A stretch of DNA of 64,000 nucleotides from the NCBI GenBank assembly GCA_017467105.1, contig JAFTSU010000014.1:14359-78358 (forward strand). The letters are read 5' to 3'. Position numbers and translations under genes: made by a program. Origin of the DNA: Clostridia bacterium. Lineage in GTDB: Bacteria > Bacillota > Clostridia > Oscillospirales > CAG-272. Below the pieces are notes generated by a model. That model was given only the letters and a program-made list of their open reading frames with translations, ran no database searches and was not told where the DNA came from. Below are positions 58,920 through 64,000 of this stretch, piece after piece (the first letter of the stretch is position 1; each line of letters begins with the position of its first letter).

Positions 58920-59098
58920 ATTTAGCGTGTTATCCTTAACGGAGAACACGCAATGAATTGCAACCTTGCGGTTGCACGAATCGAAAGCCGTGCTTTCATG
59001 AATTGCCTGTGGCATAAATTGTGCCCGTCGGCACACCCGTTGCAATTCAATTCATGGAGGAGGCGGCACGCCGACAAGAAATCATAGCGAAGCAAATT
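58920..59098. repeat. Modular palindromic repeat element, copy 2
   Basis: Colinear 179-bp direct repeat of 56348-56526. Confidence 0.9.
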
Positions 59099-59207
59099 TT
59101 CCGCTAAGAACCTCACCCATTTGCTCTCCGTTTTTTTAAAAATAGCGTTTTGAATAATTATTTCACTTATACTATGGATGGAAAAGTAAACTGAGGCTTA
59201 CATTTAT

Positions 59208-59876
59208 CTATTTTTTGATGTCGATAACGGTCAATATACCGTCCGACACCTTGAAGGATATCTCTAAATCGGCATATTTCATACCGTACTCGTTTTCGCC
59301 GTCCGGCTTGTATTGTGGTCTTGGGTCGCCCTCCAATACGGCGGTGAGAGAATCGAGATAAGAGTCGGGCAATTTATTTTTAAATTCCTCGGGTATTACC
59401 ACCTTAAGCTTATAGTCTCGCACACCGTCGGCAAATCCGCCTACTGCATCCGGATGGCTGTCAGTATACGCAAGATATGGCTTTATATCGTATATCGGCG
59501 TACCGTCCAGAATATCCGCCCCACTGACGATCAATACGTCTCCATCGCCGTCTGTATGCTCGATTCTGAGAAGCTTGACCGACGAAAGTCCTATCGGGTT
59601 AGGTCTGTACGGCGATCTTGTGGCAAATACGCCAACGCGCTTATTTCCTCCAAGCCTTGGCGGTCTGACGGTTGGGGACCAAGTGTCCCTCTTTGCCTCC
59701 GAAAATTCCCAGATCAGCCAAAGATGGGAGTATCCCTCTATTCCGCGTAACGCCTCAGGCACTCTGTATTCGGGCAAAAACACTACACGCCCCACGGTGT
59801 TTTCGGCAATTCCACTCTGTCGCGGTATTCCGAACTTTTCCTTAAAATCAGTATATATTTTGGCTATGATCTTCAT
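59208..59876 (-). CDS. tsaA: tRNA m6t6A37 methyltransferase TrmO/TsaA
   Basis: KFGIPRQSG, VRPPRLGGN, GVFATRSPYRPNPIGLS and DGTPIYDIKPY. Confidence 0.95.
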   Translation of the reverse strand: MKIIAKIYTDFKEKFGIPRQSGIAENTVGRVVFLPEYRVPEALRGIEGYSHLWLIWEFSEAKRDTWSPTVRPPRLGGNKRVGVFATRSPYRPNPIGLSSVKLLRIEHTDGDGDVLIVSGADILDGTPIYDIKPYLAYTDSHPDAVGGFADGVRDYKLKVVIPEEFKNKLPDSYLDSLTAVLEGDPRPQYKPDGENEYGMKYADLEISFKVSDGILTVIDIKK

Positions 59877-60139
59877 TTATCCTTGCCTGCCTTTTTGTTC
59901 TGAGGGTTGTACCCTCGGTTTTCTTGCGCGGTAGCGATGAACACCACGCCGGGTAGCTTTTTCGCACAGTAGAATACCGCGCGCCCGTAACCTTTTGCCG
60001 TACGGTAGCGACAGTACCGCGCTCGGTCAGCTTAACGTTTATTTTTCCTACATATATTATACAATAAAAAAACGGGCGGCTCAATACCTTTTCGGTAAAA
60101 AGCCGCCCTGAATATTAAACTTTGTATGCTGCTTTGAAA

Positions 60140-63100
60140 TTAAGCTGCGGGAATGTAGTATGCGTAATTGTTTTCGCCGTCAACTACTGCATAGCTTCCG
60201 TTACCGGTAACTACGGTGTAGCTTCCGTCGGGATTATAGGTAGCTTCGCCGGATATGCTGCCGCCATTGCCGTATTCGAAGCTGTTCTCACCGTTTTCGG
60301 GAATAGAGGGCTTTATAACAATGCTTCCGCCGCCAAAGTCGCCGTTCAGCGAGCCATTGCTGTAGATGCGGTTAATGAGATCGTTAAAAGCATCCTGAAT
60401 GTCGTAAACGTCCTCTCTGAACTGAACGTTCAGCATTGCCTCGTAGAGTGCCTCGTAATCGGCAATGTAATCGGAAACGTCATATCTTGCGGATACGTCA
60501 GCCCATCTTGCTTCCATATTCTGAAGACGTGACATTTTGTCCTCTTCGGTCAAGAGAGTCTTGAGAGAGTTGTCTTCGAGAATTACCCAGTAGCCGCCCA
60601 TCTCCTCAAAGATGATAGTTTTGCCTTCAAGGTCGAGGTAAAGCTTGATGGTAACGTATCCCCAGTACTCCTTGTCCTCGATAGTACCCATCAGACCGCC
60701 GTAACGAACGAAATATTCGCCTGCTCCGTCGTACTCACCGATGAATATGAGCTGAAGCTCGCCATCTTCCATGGTGAAGGTATCGATCTCGGTGTCGTAG
60801 GGAATGTAAGCGTACATCATATCGCCGCTTAATCCGTAATAAACGTCTACACCGTCCATATTCAGCACGAGAATATCGTCAGTGTCGTAATAGTAGGAAA
60901 CGTACTCGGTATTGGTATCACCGTAGGGGCTAAGCTGGTAAACGATGGCGTAGCCGTTGTCGTAAAGCTCTACGTAATCGATGAAGAAGCAATAGTCATC
61001 CTCACCCATATGGTAGACGTTAAGAAGAGCTGCGTTTTCAAAGTTGGGAACAACCATTATATTTACACCGCCGCCGTAGCTCATACCGTTGTACGTGCAG
61101 TTGTAGTTAACATAATAACGCTCGTCAATCATGTCTAAAATCTCGGGAAGCATGCTTATATCAAACATGTCGGGAGTGAAATAAATGGTCTCTGCGCTGC
61201 CGTCTGAGAAGTGCGCTATAAGATAGCGATTCTCAAAAATGTAGTTCATAACGTAATCCGCAGAGTAGCCTGCAGGGATATAAACGGTGTCGTGGTTGTT
61301 GATCTCTATGTGGTAGATGTAAACGTCTTCCTCACCGTATCCACCCTCAAATTGATTGTATGCTTCTTCGAAAAGACATTTCATCTTATCTCTGATCATT
61401 TCAATCTCGTCGAAGGAGGAAGCACTCTTGAGCATGCTATGGATCTGAGAGTATCTGGAACCATATATCTCTCTGAACTTATCACCGTAACGATTGCAGA
61501 ATTCCTCAAACATATAGTCGAACTCTTCTGCAACAGTCTTCTTGTGTTCATCCAATTCAGAATTACCGGGCTGATCAGGGGACTCTCCGCCGCCGTTATA
61601 GTCTATGATCGTACCGTTCTCATCGAAATGGATCACCATTCCTTCGAGAGTAACGACACCGTTATCAAGGTCAACGAAAGTAATAACGCCGACATGGTCA
61701 TCACCCTCGCGGTATTCTGCGGGAGCGAAGTAAACAACGGGATATGCGCCTGCACCGTTGTAGTTAGGTGCGTAAATTGCAAAGGAAATGGGAATAAGAT
61801 CAGGGTTGGATACGAAGATCGTGGGCTCATAATCGGGAACGAAGTAATCAGCGCCGCTCTCGTCGCAGCTGATCAGGAAATCGATTCCCATAATGGTTAC
61901 TACGTAGCATCCAAGCTCCTCGTAATAGTAATAAGAAGCGTTGACGAAATCACCGTGCACGGAGTAGATATATGCTATGCCGTTTACGTAAAGCTCAATC
62001 TGGTCAAATCCCAGAGAGTGCTCGCGGTCTTTGAAGATATATGCTCCGATAAGGTCGCCTTCAGAGGGCTTGTCGATATTGACCTCTATGTACGCATTAA
62101 TGTGATCAGAGTAGAAATGAATACCGTCGTCATATACGAAGTGTACTTCAGCGTTAAAGCTATTATAAATTTCTCCGTAATTACCGTAGAGATCTACGTT
62201 TGCAGGGTAAACACGTACAAAATAGCCGTCGCTGAACTGGACTTCAACGTAATAGTTATTGGAAATAAAGTCAACGACAAAGTCGCTGCTTACGCCGCTT
62301 TCAACGTAAACCGTAGGATTGTAAATTAATACGTTGTTTATGTAGATATCACCGGGGTTATCCCAGCCACCGTTGAAATACTGATCAACCTCATCAAAGA
62401 TTAGTCTCAGCTCTTCAACGTTCAACTCTAACGTTCTGTAGCTTGTCGCATTTATGATATCTTCGTAACACCTATAGATACGATCCTTGTACATTCTGGT
62501 GAATTCGTCACCGTACATTTTCTCGTATTCGCTATATTTTTCGTCTATATCCAAGAGCAAGGAATTTTTGTAATCTTCGAACTCATTAGAGGGGGAAGCG
62601 TTTTCGGAAATATGATCGAAGAGATCTGAAAGCTCCTCTGTGAGATAGTAGAATTCAGAGATATATGGAACGCTCTGCATTGCGTTCATAATGGAATAGT
62701 ACTCTGCCTCGTAGGGGGTCAAGTCATAGTACTTTGAAAGCTCTTTCCAGGACTGCTGCAACATCTCGATATAACCGGCCAACATTTCCTCGGGAATCAG
62801 TACATCAAGGTTGCCGTCAACGATTGCTAAGGTGAATTCGAGAGCGGGGCAATCGAGAGTCATAGTCTCTGGATCAAAGTACATTACGATAGAGAGATAC
62901 TTAATCAAAACTTCTTCGGTTTCGTAGTTACGATACTCCTGACCGAAGTGTACGAATACGTCACCTGCTACGTTTGCGTCGCCGTATACACGGATCGTAA
63001 GCTCAAGCTCACCGTCAATGGTTAAGCTGTACTCGCCGATGAAATCACCGGGAGAATAGAGTGACATTTTGCTGCTTTCGTTTTCTAAGCCAAAGTAAAC

Positions 63101-64000
63101 GTCAACGCCGTCGTAATTTAAAACGAGAACGTCATCAGCAAAGAAGTAGTACTCAAGATACTCGACGTAATCGTCAATATAAGCTTTTGCAATTCCGTTG
63201 CTGTAAAGCTCAACGGCCCAGATCACGGATTCGGGACCTGATTTGTAGGATCTGATAAATTCCGCATCTTCCATATTGTATACGATGTCGAAGTATATGG
63301 AATGCTCGCCATAGTATCCGTCAAGCTCAATTCTTACGTTAACGTTGTAGTATTCACCTGCGTTCTCAAAAACGTAAGGAACGTGATCGTATACGTAGAG
63401 CATATCGTGAGTTATAGGAAGGTTCTCATAGGTTCCATCGGAGTAGTAAACCGTAATTACACGGTTGTTCACAATATAATCGTAAACCATATCGAGATTG
63501 GAGCCTACGGGAATCTGGAGATCCTCATAGGGAGTTATCTCTATGTAATCGATCCATACGTCGCCGGGCTGGTCGCCCATATTGCTTGCGATCTCCTTGA
63601 ACATCTCAACGCAATAATTATAGTAATAGTCGATTTCCTCAAAGCTCTGGGCGATGCTGATGTTATCCCATGCTTCACGGTAATAAGCCTCTGCCTTGTA
63701 GTAGAAGTCTGTACCAAGCTTGTTAGTGAAATCGTTGAATATATTGCTTAATTGATCGAGAACTTCGTTTCTGTAGGATTCGATATCGTCGGGTACATCG
63801 CCGCCCATGTCAGGGGTAAGAGAGCCGTCAGCGTTAATCTGGAAGCTCATACCCATGTAGTTGAGCACGTTTCTTTCGATATCATAAACGGTAAGGATCG
63901 TCTGATAATCGTACATGAAGTTGCTGCCATTTCCGCAAGGACCGTATCCTACGGTAACGTTCTCACCGTTAACGTAACAGTCGGTAACGTAGAGCTCGCT
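60140..64000 (-). CDS. Very large acidic, Tyr-rich repeat protein, probably surface-exposed (5' end beyond the window)
   Basis: Frame stays open from 63916 to the window edge (SELYVTDCYVNG...); three ~350-400-aa super-repeats. Confidence 0.8.
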   Translation of the reverse strand, partial: SELYVTDCYVNGENVTVGYGPCGNGSNFMYDYQTILTVYDIERNVLNYMGMSFQINADGSLTPDMGGDVPDDIESYRNEVLDQLSNIFNDFTNKLGTDFYYKAEAYYREAWDNISIAQSFEEIDYYYNYCVEMFKEIASNMGDQPGDVWIDYIEITPYEDLQIPVGSNLDMVYDYIVNNRVITVYYSDGTYENLPITHDMLYVYDHVPYVFENAGEYYNVNVRIELDGYYGEHSIYFDIVYNMEDAEFIRSYKSGPESVIWAVELYSNGIAKAYIDDYVEYLEYYFFADDVLVLNYDGVDVYFGLENESSKMSLYSPGDFIGEYSLTIDGELELTIRVYGDANVAGDVFVHFGQEYRNYETEEVLIKYLSIVMYFDPETMTLDCPALEFTLAIVDGNLDVLIPEEMLAGYIEMLQQSWKELSKYYDLTPYEAEYYSIMNAMQSVPYISEFYYLTEELSDLFDHISENASPSNEFEDYKNSLLLDIDEKYSEYEKMYGDEFTRMYKDRIYRCYEDIINATSYRTLELNVEELRLIFDEVDQYFNGGWDNPGDIYINNVLIYNPTVYVESGVSSDFVVDFISNNYYVEVQFSDGYFVRVYPANVDLYGNYGEIYNSFNAEVHFVYDDGIHFYSDHINAYIEVNIDKPSEGDLIGAYIFKDREHSLGFDQIELYVNGIAYIYSVHGDFVNASYYYYEELGCYVVTIMGIDFLISCDESGADYFVPDYEPTIFVSNPDLIPISFAIYAPNYNGAGAYPVVYFAPAEYREGDDHVGVITFVDLDNGVVTLEGMVIHFDENGTIIDYNGGGESPDQPGNSELDEHKKTVAEEFDYMFEEFCNRYGDKFREIYGSRYSQIHSMLKSASSFDEIEMIRDKMKCLFEEAYNQFEGGYGEEDVYIYHIEINNHDTVYIPAGYSADYVMNYIFENRYLIAHFSDGSAETIYFTPDMFDISMLPEILDMIDERYYVNYNCTYNGMSYGGGVNIMVVPNFENAALLNVYHMGEDDYCFFIDYVELYDNGYAIVYQLSPYGDTNTEYVSYYYDTDDILVLNMDGVDVYYGLSGDMMYAYIPYDTEIDTFTMEDGELQLIFIGEYDGAGEYFVRYGGLMGTIEDKEYWGYVTIKLYLDLEGKTIIFEEMGGYWVILEDNSLKTLLTEEDKMSRLQNMEARWADVSARYDVSDYIADYEALYEAMLNVQFREDVYDIQDAFNDLINRIYSNGSLNGDFGGGSIVIKPSIPENGENSFEYGNGGSISGEATYNPDGSYTVVTGNGSYAVVDGENNYAYYIPAA

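Noticed and set aside
56177-59045. Similar ORFs 56177-56473 and 58713-59045 (MQRVC...)
   Set aside because: Their similarity comes from the non-coding palindromic repeat; they have non-ATG starts, no RBS, and one overlaps flotillin.
56348-59098. CRISPR array interpretation of the ATGAATTG-hairpin units
   Set aside because: The constant word is only 8 bp, the intervening parts are short self-complementary stems rather than unique 30-40-bp spacers, and there are no cas genes.

Overview
Chromosomal window of a spore-forming Clostridia-class bacterium (inferred from Firmicutes gene order, sigma-A-type promoters and a LysM-CAP spore-coat-type gene). The core content is fucO (partial), an unusual RNase III, tRNA-Met/tRNA-Glu, the rimP-nusA-ylxR-ylxQ-infB operon, a purE-F-M-N-(IMP cyclohydrolase)-(AICAR transformylase)-D-L operon with a separate purC, folT-folC, eno, gap and tsaA. 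Three riboswitches are recognisable: ZMP/ZTP before purE, THF before folT, and yybP-ykoY (Mn2+) before a flotillin. No transposase, integrase, phage gene or CRISPR array was found. The main leads are: (1) a tightly coupled operon (MutS-domain-V ATPase, type II pantothenate kinase, CBS protein, a ~1,500-aa tail-anchored protein with four copies of an unrecognised ~125-aa domain, and a small basic protein); (2) a family of modular palindromic REP-like elements, two ~179-bp copies of which bracket an AraC plus hypothetical gene pair; (3) a Mn2+ riboswitch on a flotillin; (4) PurF lacking its catalytic Cys1; (5) a full-length GH39 paralog that has lost its acid/base Glu; (6) a divergent enolase behind a sigma-F/G-like promoter. 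All calls are from motif recognition by eye; no searches were run.
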